Assembly: GCA_031431395.1 (NCBI GenBank)
Contig: JANPDJ010000124.1
Span: 1-43,771, forward strand
Length of the DNA: 43,771 nt
DNA from: Chloroflexota bacterium
Lineage (GTDB): Bacteria > Chloroflexota > Limnocylindria > Limnocylindrales > CSP1-4
Reading direction: 5' to 3'
Below, in pieces: positions 27,686 to 36,493 of this stretch (the stretch's first letter is position 1; each line of letters begins with the position of its first letter). Position numbers and translations under genes: made by a program. The notes under the pieces were generated by a model. The model did not search any database. It had not been told where the DNA came from and was given only the letters and a program-made list of their open reading frames with translations.

Positions 27686-28569
27686 TCACGGCGCGTCATC
27701 CGTGCGCCCCGCTCTGAGGGGCCCAAAACGGAGGATGAATCCGCCAGCGTGATCGCTGCCGCGCAGGCCGCCCAGGAACTCGTCGCGGCAACCTGGTGCG
27801 CAAACCAGAATGTGTCGCCGTCGCGGTCGGCGCTGACCGCCCGCTCGCGCTCGACGGCCATGCCGCATACGGGGTCCGTTGCCATCGTGACGATATCCTG
27901 GAAGGCGCCGTCCTCGAGCCACAGGACCCGGTCGGCGATGTCGCGGATCCGCTGGTCGTGGCTGACGATGACGACGCTCCGGCCCTGCTCCTTCGCGATC
28001 CGTCGGAGGAGACGCATGATCTCGTGACCAATCTTGCTGTCCAGGTTGGCGGTGGGTTCGTCCGCCAGGATGAGCGTCGGGTCGTTGATCAACGCCCGCG
28101 CGATGGCCACCCGCTGCTTCTCGCCGCCCGACAGCTTCTCGGGGAGGAAGTCGAGGCGTGCCTGGAGCCCAAGGTCGGTCAGGAGCGCCCTTGCCTTGTC
28201 GCGCGCAGCGCGAGGCTTCAACCCGGCGAGCTGAGCAACGATGGAAACGTTTTCGAGGACCGAGAGCGCCGAGAGCAGGTTGAAGTCCTGGAAGATGAAG
28301 CCGAATCGGCGAAGCCGGATCTGCGGGAGATGTCCCTCTGAAAGCGCGCTGATCTCGGTCCCGTCGAGGTGGATCGAGCCGCTGGTCGGCTTCAGCAGCG
28401 CGCCCATCATGGACAGCAGCGTCGTCTTTCCCGAGCCCGACGGACCCATGATCAGGACGACTTCACCGGGCGCGACCGCGAGGCTGACCCCGCGCACCGC
28501 GAGCACCGCCGTGTCGCCGTTGCCGAATCGCTTGCAGACGTTCCGAACGTCCAGCGTCAATGCGGTCAT
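27686..28569 (-). CDS. LolD/MacB-type ABC ATPase fused to C-terminal YHS domain (frameshift near 27803)
   Basis: [22 protein letters not shown], then DPVCGM...FWF. Adding one base restores [11 protein letters not shown], with stop at 27686. Confidence 0.8.
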
Positions 28570-29696
28570 GGCAACGCTCCTCTACGGAAGACGATCGCGG
28601 GGTCGACGCCCGAGACCTGGCGGATTGGCAAGATCGCCGCCAGCCCCGCGATCAGCGCCGCGACCAGGGCAACCTTGGCGAGCGACGCGACGGTGATCGA
28701 CAACTCGAGATTCAGGCCGGTCAGCGGCACCACAAACGCGAGCAGGCCGGTGAATGCGAGGCCGGCGAGGAACCCACCGGCGACGCTCAGGAACGCCTGG
28801 ACCAGAACAACCCGATAGAGCATCCGGTTCCTGGCACCGAGGGCCTTGAGGACTCCGTATTCGCGTCGCCCGGCAAGCGTCGCAACGTAGACGGTGAGCG
28901 CGACGACCGCGAGACCGACGACGAACCCGATGGCGTTCATGATCGAAATGACGTCGGCGCTCATGTCCATCGTCAGCCGCCTCTCCTGCGCCGCGAAGTC
29001 AGCGGTCGACTGGGCAGTCACCCCTGACACCTGGCGCTCAATCTCGGTCGCGACAGCATTGGGTGATCTCCCCTGCGCGACCTTGGCCAGCACGAAGCTG
29101 ACCACCGCGGCACCGCCTCGCATCGCCTGGAAGTCGTCGAACGACACGAATGCAACCGAGTTGACGAGGCTGGCTGTCCCCTCCGATAGCCCGACAATCC
29201 GTGCTTCGCCGCCGAGGACGGTGACCGTGTCCCCGATTGATACACCCGCTGACCTGGCGAACCCTCGATCGACGACGATCTCGCCCCGACCGGCCCGACT
29301 TGAGCCCGCGACCACGTTCCATGGCCCGCCCATGGAGGCGCCCGATGGCAGGCCCACGACGTAGGCGACGGCCCGCTCGTCGCCGGCCGCGACCGTGTCC
29401 GTCGCTTCGAGAATCGGAGTCGCCTCGGCGACACCGTCGACCGCCCGTACCTCATCGGTCACCGATGCCGAAATGAAGCTGGACACCATATGAAGATTCC
29501 GAACGCCAGCCTGGCTCACCCAGACGTCCGCGCCCGCTCGGTCGATGTACGCCGTCAACTGGTTCGAGACGCCCGCAAAGATCGCGTCGAGGGCGAGCAC
29601 CAGCGACAGGGCGAGGGCGACGCCGCCAAGAGAGACGGCGAGCCGCACTCGGTTCCGAGTCAGGTTGCGCCGCGCCAGGAGCCCAGTCGCACTCAT
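28566..29696 (-). CDS. MacB/FtsX-family ABC permease
   Basis: LARRNLTRNRVR, GADVWV, REYGVLKALGA, DPAIVFR. ATG 29696 overlaps the upstream stop. Confidence 0.88.
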   Translation of the reverse strand: MSATGLLARRNLTRNRVRLAVSLGGVALALSLVLALDAIFAGVSNQLTAYIDRAGADVWVSQAGVRNLHMVSSFISASVTDEVRAVDGVAEATPILEATDTVAAGDERAVAYVVGLPSGASMGGPWNVVAGSSRAGRGEIVVDRGFARSAGVSIGDTVTVLGGEARIVGLSEGTASLVNSVAFVSFDDFQAMRGGAAVVSFVLAKVAQGRSPNAVATEIERQVSGVTAQSTADFAAQERRLTMDMSADVISIMNAIGFVVGLAVVALTVYVATLAGRREYGVLKALGARNRMLYRVVLVQAFLSVAGGFLAGLAFTGLLAFVVPLTGLNLELSITVASLAKVALVAALIAGLAAILPIRQVSGVDPAIVFRRGALP

Positions 29697-30790
29697 CCCC
29701 GGAAGACCTCTGCCGGTTCGAGGCGGGCGACGGCCCGTGCTGGGATGAGGGCAGCGAGGAGAGCCATGACCACACTGGCGACCAGAACCACGCCGACGGC
29801 AGCCGGCTCGATCTCGACCCGGAACTGCGGTCGCCAGGCCATGAGGCCCGTCGCCGCACCGTAGGCGAGGCCCACCCCAAAGACGGATCCCGCGACCGCG
29901 GCGATGAACGCCTGCATGGTCACGATCCGGTACAGGGTCCGGTTGCGGGCACCGATCGCCTTCAGCGCTCCGTACTCGCGGCGCCGTTCGACCGTCGCCG
30001 TGTAGATGACGAGACCGACGACAAGGACACCGACGACGAAGGCGATCGCGACCATCAACCCGATTGGAGCGTCGTAGACGCGGGCCATCAGCTTGCGGTC
30101 GTTGGCGATCACGTCGCTCTTGAGCAGCGCTTCCGAGCCCGGGATCGACAGCCGATCGCGGAGCGTTTCGGGGCTCGTTCCGCCGGTCGGCGTGACGATG
30201 AGGAAACCCTGGAGACCTGGTGTACGGAGCAGCGACTCGAGCGTCGTGATCCGGGCGAATGCGATGGAGCCTGCCCAGAATGTCGTCCCGTCCGAGAAGC
30301 CGACGATTGTGGCTTCCCGATCGAGCAGTCGAATCTGATCGCCGATCGCGATCGCGTGCTGCCGGGCCGCTGTTCGGTCGATGACCAGCTCGTCGTCGGT
30401 CGCCGGCTCGCGTCCCTCGGCGAGCTCCCATGGCCCTCCGCCCTTGGCCCGGTCATACCCGATCAGGAAGAACCCGTCCTTGCGGCCGTGGAGTTCGAAG
30501 ATCACGAACTGGGAGACGATCGGGATGACCCGCGCGACACCAGGAGTCCGCTGCACAGCGTCCTCAGCCCCCGCGGGAAGGGTGGAGCTCGTGCCCAGGA
30601 AGTCGCGGATTCCCCGTTCGGCCACGAGCACGGAACCCGGCGCGTGGTCGAGGTAGGCCGAGGCCTGGCGGTAGACCCCGGAGCGATACCCGGCCAGGAG
30701 GAGGATCAGTCCGATCGAGACGGCCACGCCGAGGACGCTGAGTAGAAAGCGCGTCCGGTCCCGGAACAGGTTGCGTCGCGCGATCAACAT
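29693..30790 (-). CDS. MacB/FtsX-family ABC permease
   Basis: IARRNLFRDRTRF, ERRREYGALKAIGA, LEPAEVFRG. Confidence 0.88.
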   Translation of the reverse strand: MLIARRNLFRDRTRFLLSVLGVAVSIGLILLLAGYRSGVYRQASAYLDHAPGSVLVAERGIRDFLGTSSTLPAGAEDAVQRTPGVARVIPIVSQFVIFELHGRKDGFFLIGYDRAKGGGPWELAEGREPATDDELVIDRTAARQHAIAIGDQIRLLDREATIVGFSDGTTFWAGSIAFARITTLESLLRTPGLQGFLIVTPTGGTSPETLRDRLSIPGSEALLKSDVIANDRKLMARVYDAPIGLMVAIAFVVGVLVVGLVIYTATVERRREYGALKAIGARNRTLYRIVTMQAFIAAVAGSVFGVGLAYGAATGLMAWRPQFRVEIEPAAVGVVLVASVVMALLAALIPARAVARLEPAEVFRG

Positions 30791-30793
30791 CGC

Positions 30794-31027
30794 TCAAGAC
30801 TCGACGACCCGGCCGGCACGATAGCCTGCCTTCTCGATCGCCTGGGCCAGCGAGGCCGGGCTCGTCTCGGCGGGGTCGTAGGCAACGTAGGCGGTCTCAG
30901 TTGCTGGGTTCACGTAGGCGCGAAGGACGCCGAACTTCGCTACGAGCTCGCGCTCGATCGTCAGGGCCCCGGAGCCGCCGCACCCCAGGCCGATGATCGA
31001 GATCCGGAGCCCGCGCACAACGTCCAT
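30794..31027 (-). CDS. HMA/CopZ-fold protein with single-Cys motif GLGCGGSG
   Basis: GV..AYVNPATETAYVAYDP...LAQAIEKAGY HMA pattern. Start ATG 31027. Confidence 0.8.
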   Translation of the reverse strand: MDVVRGLRISIIGLGCGGSGALTIERELVAKFGVLRAYVNPATETAYVAYDPAETSPASLAQAIEKAGYRAGRVVES

Positions 31028-31049
31028 GACGCGAGATTGACGCACCGGC

Positions 31050-31077
31050 CTGAGGCCAAGCTGAACGAAGCCTGAGA
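31050..31077 (-). promoter_or_regulatory. OmpR-family (MprA-box-like) hexamer array
   Basis: Plus strand CTGAGG 31050, CTGAAC 31061, CTGAGA 31072. On the minus strand this is followed by 10 nt, CAATCT, 6 nt, ATG. Confidence 0.8.
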
Positions 31078-31210
31078 CTTCTGGGCTCCGCAGGGGACGT
31101 TCACCAGTGGAAGCCGCGATTCGTCAGGGCCGCTTCGTTCGGCCCCGCCTCGCGTCATCTCCGCCCGGCCCAAATGGCTTGGAGGGTAAGAGACAGCCTG
31201 GGGTCGGCCG

Positions 31211-31238
31211 CTGAGAATGACCTGAGGTTCGGCTAAGA
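31211..31238 (-). promoter_or_regulatory. OmpR-family (MprA-box-like) hexamer array with no gene directly downstream
   Basis: Plus strand CTGAGA 31211, CTGAGG 31222, CTAAGA 31233. On the minus strand this is followed by 10 nt and CAGGCT. Confidence 0.75.
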
Positions 31239-31772
31239 ATCTCCGGCCAAAGTTACTGCGGCGAAGTCGGGGGCGGCGATTGCGGCCCTGCGGTCAGCGA
31301 TGGCGCATGCGCGACGTGCCCGACGGAGCTGCCGGGCGATCACGATGATCCCGACCGCATTCATCCCGATACCGACCAGGAACAGCGGCGTCCGATAGGC
31401 ATCGAGGAAGACGGCCGCGGCCGACAGGCCGAGAAACGGCAGCAGATCCACCAGGTGGTGAGCACAGCAGGCGAGCATCGCGGCCGCGCTCGTGCCGGTG
31501 CCGGCGGCAGTGACCGCGGCAGCTGTCCGGTGGCGTCGGTCCACCAAACGGAGCTCGGCGAACAGAGCGATCTGGGTACCGAAGCCGGCCGCGATGAGGC
31601 CGACGAAGGGAGCGTCGGCCATGAGCTGGTCGAATGCGTGCCCGGTGCCCTGGGCGAGACTGATGATCCCAAGGTAGAGGGCGACGAGCGAGATGGCGCC
31701 GACGACCCCGGCGACCATCGAACGCGGCGCGACCGCGACTGGCGGGCGGAGCGGGTGGGCGAGGACGGTCAA
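31233..31772 (-). CDS. Membrane protein with CCAHH motif
   Basis: 4 TM helices, MLACCAHHLVDLLP. TTG start overlaps the upstream stop. Confidence 0.75.
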   Translation of the reverse strand: MTVLAHPLRPPVAVAPRSMVAGVVGAISLVALYLGIISLAQGTGHAFDQLMADAPFVGLIAAGFGTQIALFAELRLVDRRHRTAAAVTAAGTGTSAAAMLACCAHHLVDLLPFLGLSAAAVFLDAYRTPLFLVGIGMNAVGIIVIARQLRRARRACAIADRRAAIAAPDFAAVTLAGDS

Positions 31773-32236
31773 GGGCCGATTTCCCAGCGGAAGATCCGCT
31801 CCTGGATTTCGCCGACGCCCGCGAGGGTCAGTTGGATCCAGTTCGCGCCGGCGAAGAAGGTCGCTGCATTGCCATCGAAGCTGAGTGCCCCCTCGCGGTG
31901 GTGGCCGCCCTTCGACGCCGCCCATGGCCGGGCGGTCAGGGCCTGTCCGCGGTCGTTTCGCAGGACGGCGTTCGAGAAGTCGAGCGCATCGAGGTCCACG
32001 GAGTGCGTGTCGAGCCTTACGTCGAACGCGGCACCATCGGCCAGTCCGGCCCAGTCAACCACCACGGTCACCTGCCCCCCGTCACTGGTCCGCGTCGTGG
32101 CGGTTGTGGCGTTGGTGGCACTCCCCGATCCGGCCGCTGGGGTTATGGACCCCGACGCCTGAGGGCTCGACGCTGAGCAGGCGGAGATCAGGAGCGTGGC
32201 CGAGGACAACAGCACGGCGAGCATGTTCACGTTCAT
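31769..32236 (-). CDS. Lipoprotein of unknown function (THSVDL, GGHHREG motifs)
   Basis: Lipobox LLISAC, Ser/Thr linker, His motifs LDTHSVDLD and GGHHREG. Confidence 0.75.
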   Translation of the reverse strand: MNVNMLAVLLSSATLLISACSASSPQASGSITPAAGSGSATNATTATTRTSDGGQVTVVVDWAGLADGAAFDVRLDTHSVDLDALDFSNAVLRNDRGQALTARPWAASKGGHHREGALSFDGNAATFFAGANWIQLTLAGVGEIQERIFRWEIGP

Positions 32237-32259
32237 GGCTGCGACGTTGACCGGGTCAG

Positions 32260-32287
32260 CTGAGAGATGGATGAGTCCGTGCTGAGG
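32260..32287 (-). promoter_or_regulatory. OmpR-family (MprA-box-like) hexamer array
   Basis: Plus strand CTGAGA 32260, ATGAGT 32271, CTGAGG 32282. On the minus strand this is followed by 10 nt, CAACGT, 7 nt, ATG 32236. Confidence 0.8.
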
Positions 32288-32303
32288 AATGCCCGGCGGA
32301 AAC

Positions 32304-32336
32304 GGAACGCCGGCCGGGATGGCCGGTCGGCGTTCC
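32304..32336 (-). terminator. GC-rich hairpin downstream of the Met-rich gene
   Basis: 14-bp stem GGAACGCCGGCCGG / CCGGTCGGCGTTCC with 1 mismatch and a short T run on the minus strand. Confidence 0.55.
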
Positions 32337-32350
32337 AGGATTGAGCCTGC

Positions 32351-32656
32351 TCAGTCGGTCGAGCGATGCTGATCGTGGAGTTGCTGCATCTGAGCCGGAT
32401 TACACGCCCCGCTCGCGACCATCTGGTCGTGGAACGCGTCCATCTGCTTCATCTGCTCGGGCGTCATCATTCCGGAGCCGCCCATCATTCCGGAGGCGCC
32501 CATCATTCCCGAGGCGCCCATCATTCCGGAAGCCATCGATGGGCCGGAGGAGGCCGACGGAGTCGGGTCCTGGGCGGCCACAAGGCCGGCGGCCCCGAGG
32601 AAGAGCGCCCCAGCCAGGGCGCTGCCGGCAAGGATCCCAAATCGCTTCGATGTCAT
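32351..32656 (-). CDS. Small secreted Met/His-rich protein, putative copper-binding
   Basis: Signal peptide ending VAA-Q, SGMMGA repeats, MKQMDAFHDQM..C...MQQLHDQH. Confidence 0.75.
   Translation of the reverse strand: MTSKRFGILAGSALAGALFLGAAGLVAAQDPTPSASSGPSMASGMMGASGMMGASGMMGGSGMMTPEQMKQMDAFHDQMVASGACNPAQMQQLHDQHRSTD
32465..32536 (-). repeat. 18-bp in-frame tandem repeat x4 (SGMMGA)
   Basis: Plus-strand CATCATTCC(G/C)GA.. units at 32465, 32483, 32501 and 32519. Confidence 0.9.
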
Positions 32657-32666
32657 CGTTCGTCTC

Positions 32667-32888
32667 CTAGATCCCGAGCAGGCGGCGTGCCTGCTCGTAT
32701 TCCGCCTGGTTGATCTCGCCGCGCGCAAAGCGCGCCTTGAGAATTTGCGCGGAGTCGTCGGCCGGTCTCCGATCTCGAGTCGGGATTGCTGAAACGACCG
32801 CCCACACGATGACGACCAGCACGACGACCGCGAGGGCCATCCAGATCCAGCCGTCGAACCCTGAACCCCACGCAAGACCGGTCATCAT
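32667..32888 (-). CDS. SHOCT-domain membrane protein
   Basis: One TM helix then ILKARFARGEINQAEYEQARRLL. GGAGG RBS. Confidence 0.85.
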   Translation of the reverse strand: MMTGLAWGSGFDGWIWMALAVVVLVVIVWAVVSAIPTRDRRPADDSAQILKARFARGEINQAEYEQARRLLGI

Positions 32889-33012
32889 CTGCCGTTGCCT
32901 CCTGAGGTCGGCTCCGGATCGGCTCCGACAGCTCGAATGGTCAACCAGAGCCTTCAAGCGGCGATGCTCGGCAGCTTCAAGTTCTGATCAAGATTGACTG
33001 GGAAGGCGAATC

Positions 33013-33051
33013 TGCCAGCGCGCTGCCAGCCTCGACTCACCTGGCTCTCAG
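33013..33051 (+). promoter_or_regulatory. OmpR-family (MprA-box-like) hexamer array, plus orientation
   Basis: TGCCAG 33013, TGCCAG 33024, ACTCAC 33035, TCTCAG 33046, then 10 nt and CACCGT, upstream of the plus-strand YHS gene. Confidence 0.65.
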
Positions 33052-33107
33052 GCCCGTCGGCCACCGTTCTTCCATCACGACGTTGAACCAGAGAGGAACG
33101 GGAACCG

Positions 33108-33284
33108 ATGAATTCGACCCTTGTCACCAGTGATCCCGTGTGTGGGATGTCAATCGATGTGGCAACCGCGATCGTCGTCGAGCATGACGGCCGCACGTAC
33201 TACTTCTGCGAGTCCGCCTGCGCTGATACGTTTCGCGACGATCCCAGCACGTGGATCCCGCGGGCCGAGCCAGTCGAGGCCTGA
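33108..33284 (+). CDS. Stand-alone YHS/TRASH domain protein (58 aa, not in ORF track)
   Basis: MNSTLVTSDPVCGMSIDVATAIVVEHDGRTYYFCESACADTFRDDPSTWIPRAEPVEA*. GAGAGGA upstream. Confidence 0.88.
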   Translation: MNSTLVTSDPVCGMSIDVATAIVVEHDGRTYYFCESACADTFRDDPSTWIPRAEPVEA

Positions 33285-33286
33285 CG

Positions 33287-34387
33287 TCAGCTTGCTTCCC
33301 GCAGGAGGGTCACGATGAACGAGGAGCCGTGGCCTGGTCCCTTGCTTTCCGCTGAGATCCGACCGCCCATCAGCTCGACGAGGGCCTTCGCGATCGCGAG
33401 GCCGATACCCGAACCCCCGAGAGCGCGCGAGCGGGATGGATCCACGCGATAGAACCGCTCGAAGACTCGTTCTCGTTGCTCGTCCGTGAGACCAGGACCC
33501 TGGTCCACCACCGACACTGTCACGGCCTCAGGGTCCGTCCGGACGTAGACGGTCACCACCGTCCCATCGGCGGTGTAGCGGACCGCATTACTCAACAGGT
33601 TGTCCAGAACCTCGACGAACCGATCGCGGTCGGTCGTGACCGGCGGCACGATGGGATCGGCCTCCAGCCGGAGCTCGATTCCTCGTTCCCCCGCGGCAAT
33701 GGTGTATCGCTTAATCGCTGTCGAGACGAGAGCCGTCATATCGACGGATTCGCGCTTCAGGGTGATTTGCTTCGCTTCGGCTCGCCACAGCTCCTGGAGA
33801 TCGTTGACCAGCCGCGTCAGGCGGGTTGTCTCGCGCCGAAGCACTGACCAGGTTGCATCACTGGGCCGGATAATGCCGTCCTCGAGCCCCTCGAGGTAGC
33901 CGTCGAGCGTCGCCAGCGGGTTGCGCAACTCGTGCGCCACGTCCCCGACCAGCTGGAGCCTCCGTCGCTCCGTGGCCTCGAGCGACGCCGCCATCGCGTT
34001 GAACGACTGAGCGAGATCGCCAAGCTCGTCAGCCGACGTCACGGGCACGCGCTCGGCGTACCGCCCGGAGGCGATTCGGCGGCTCGCGACGGCCAGTCGG
34101 CCGATGGGCCGCGACAGACGGATCGATAGCCCCAGGCTGACCACGATCGCCGCCATGGTCGCCACTACAGCAGCGACGATGAGCGCCGTCCGGATGGCAT
34201 CCTGGAAGGCGGCCCGGATCAGGGTGTTCATCATGGCGCTCATCCCGGCCGTCGCGTGGCCCATCGCCGAATCGAAGGCCGCTGGTGCAACGAACCCGAC
34301 AGCGAGGGACAACGTCGCGGCTCCCACGATCACCACCAACAGGTGGGAGACGATCAAGCGGTTGCCGATCCGGTGTCGCGGGCTCAT
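33287..34387 (-). CDS. HAMP sensor histidine kinase (BaeS/CopS-like) with short His/Met loop
   Basis: Two TM helices flanking MGHATAGMSAMM, H-box VAHELRNPL, N-box NLLSNAVRY, DQGPG, GSGIGL. Confidence 0.92.
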   Translation of the reverse strand: MSPRHRIGNRLIVSHLLVVIVGAATLSLAVGFVAPAAFDSAMGHATAGMSAMMNTLIRAAFQDAIRTALIVAAVVATMAAIVVSLGLSIRLSRPIGRLAVASRRIASGRYAERVPVTSADELGDLAQSFNAMAASLEATERRRLQLVGDVAHELRNPLATLDGYLEGLEDGIIRPSDATWSVLRRETTRLTRLVNDLQELWRAEAKQITLKRESVDMTALVSTAIKRYTIAAGERGIELRLEADPIVPPVTTDRDRFVEVLDNLLSNAVRYTADGTVVTVYVRTDPEAVTVSVVDQGPGLTDEQRERVFERFYRVDPSRSRALGGSGIGLAIAKALVELMGGRISAESKGPGHGSSFIVTLLREAS

Positions 34388-35088
34388 CGACCGCCTCCCA
34401 TCGCCCGGAAGCGGTAGCCGACGCCGCGCACCGTCTCGATGAACGTCGGTGAGCTGGCATCATCACCGAGCTTCCTGCGGACGTTGCCGAGGTGCACCTC
34501 GACGACATGATCGTCGCCGACGTAATCCATTCCCCAGAGGCGGTCGAGGAGCCGCTGGCGGGTGAAGACAACCCCAGGATCCTCGGCCAGGGTCAAGAGC
34601 AGATCGAACTCGACCGTCGTGAGCGTAATCGGCGCCCCCCGCAGGCTGACCGTCCGCTTCGGCCGATCGATCTGGAGATCGCCCCGCTCGAGCACGTCCG
34701 CCCGTGGTTCACCCGGCCCGATACGAGGTCGGCGCAGCAGCGCCTTCACGCGGACGACGAGTTCGCGTGGCGAGAAGGGCTTGGTCAAGTAGTCGTCGGC
34801 GCCCACCGACAGACCGACAATCCGGTCGATCTCCTCGGCCCGGGCCGTGAGCATGATCACATATGCGTCCGTGAAGCTTCGTGCTCGCCGCAGGACCTCG
34901 AGTCCGTCGAAGCCGGGCAGATTCACATCGAGAATGACAACATCAGGCGCCCGAACTCGGATCATTTCCAACGCCGTGGGTCCGTCACCGGCCGTGATCA
35001 CCTCCATGCCGTCGGCCTCGAGATAGCCACGCACCAGTTCAAGCATGGCCGTTTCATCGTCGACGACGAGGACCCGCGGGCCGGTCAC
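34384..35088 (-). CDS. OmpR-family response regulator
   Basis: VLVVDDE, ILDVNLPG, GADDYLTKPFSPREL, IETVRGVGY. Confidence 0.93.
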   Translation of the reverse strand: MTGPRVLVVDDETAMLELVRGYLEADGMEVITAGDGPTALEMIRVRAPDVVILDVNLPGFDGLEVLRRARSFTDAYVIMLTARAEEIDRIVGLSVGADDYLTKPFSPRELVVRVKALLRRPRIGPGEPRADVLERGDLQIDRPKRTVSLRGAPITLTTVEFDLLLTLAEDPGVVFTRQRLLDRLWGMDYVGDDHVVEVHLGNVRRKLGDDASSPTFIETVRGVGYRFRAMGGGR

Positions 35089-36493
35089 TGCGCCCGGACC
35101 GGAAGCGTGACCGTAGCGACAGTGCCCTCACCGGTGCGGTTGGCCAGCTCGATCGACCCGGCATGCGCCTCGACGATCCATCGCGCGATTGCGAGTCCGA
35201 GCCCGGTTCCCGCAGGCCGCATCTTCCGCGCACGCGCACCCCGATACAGGCGTTCGAAGAGCCGATCCCGATCCGCCTCATCGAGCCCGATGCCGGTGTC
35301 CTCGACGCGGACCGTCGCTCGGCCGTCGCGCACAGCGAGCGCGACCACCACGCTTCCACCGGCTGGCGTGTAGCGGGCCGCGTTCTCGAGCAGGATCCCG
35401 AAGAGATCCCGAAGGCGATCCCGGTCACCATCGACGATCGCTGCCTCGACCAACGAAAGGCTCATTCGCACGTGAGGCTCCGCAAGCCGTTCCCGCCGCA
35501 CGGATTCCACGAGCAGGGCGTCGAGTTCGACGGGACCCATGACAAGCCGGGCGCCGGACTCCGCTCTGGCCAGTGCCAGAAGATCGCCGATCAGGCGGCC
35601 CATTCGCTCGGCCTCGTCGCGGGCGTCGGCGAGGATCGCCTGGCGTTCCTCGGCCGGCAGGTCCGGGCGCTGCCCGAGCTCCAGGTTCGCGCGGATGGTC
35701 GTCAGCGGCGTCCGCAACTGATGGGACGCGTCACCGAGGAATCGCTGGAGGGTCTGGTGGTTGTGCTCCAGTGCCTCGAGCATTTCGTTGAATGCAACCG
35801 CCAACTCGCTGACCTCGTCGCCCGCGCGACCCATTTCCACGCGAGCGGCGAAGTCGCCTGACAGCGAGATGGCCCGGGCCGTTTCTGTGACGTCCGAGAC
35901 CGGAGCCAGGGCTCGCCGCGCCAGAATGAGGCCGCCGGCGAGCGCCAGGCCGATCACGAGGGCGCCGCCGATGATCAGGGCGGCGCTGACCGTGGTGAGG
36001 AGGTCCTGGAGTGACCGGGTGGAGTCGGCCCACGCAATGTATCCCACCCGGATCCCGTCTGGGAGGTTGACGGGTTCGACCGTCAGCCGGACGACGTCGT
36101 TTGCGAGGACGAGCTCCCGGATGGCGTGGGCGTGCCGATTCGCGTCCGTCAAAGCGTCGGCGCCGACCGAAAGCCTGGGCTTCCGGGGGGAGCGGAATCG
36201 GCGAGCTCCGTTCCGATTGCGTCGAGGACGAGGACCCGGCCGCCGGTCGAGGCGAATTGCGCGATCAGGCGCTGGGTCGGACGCAGGCGCCCGTCGGCAT
36301 CAATGTCCTGGGCAAATGCCCCCGCCGCGTGTTCTGCATTGGCGATCAGGCCGGCATTGAAGGACACCTCGAGCTGCTGGCGAAGAACCAGATACATGCC
36401 CGCGCCGAACGCCACGAGCGCGGCCGTGAGAAGCCCGGTGTAGATGAGCGCGAGCCGGGTCCGGATCGCGAGGCGTTTTGGAGACGTCCTCAC
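35085..36493 (-). CDS. Sensor histidine kinase (MprB-like), split by a single-base frameshift near 36175-36190
   Basis: ORFs 36149-36493 (TM1 and sensor start) and 35085-36152 (TM2, [20 protein letters not shown]) join into 470 codons including stop with +1 base. G6 run at 36185-36190. Confidence 0.85.

Noticed and set aside
27511-27800. C-terminal extension of the ABC ATPase overlapping the end of the P1B ATPase gene
   Set aside because: Product of the frameshift at ~27803. The repaired gene stops at 27686 without overlap.
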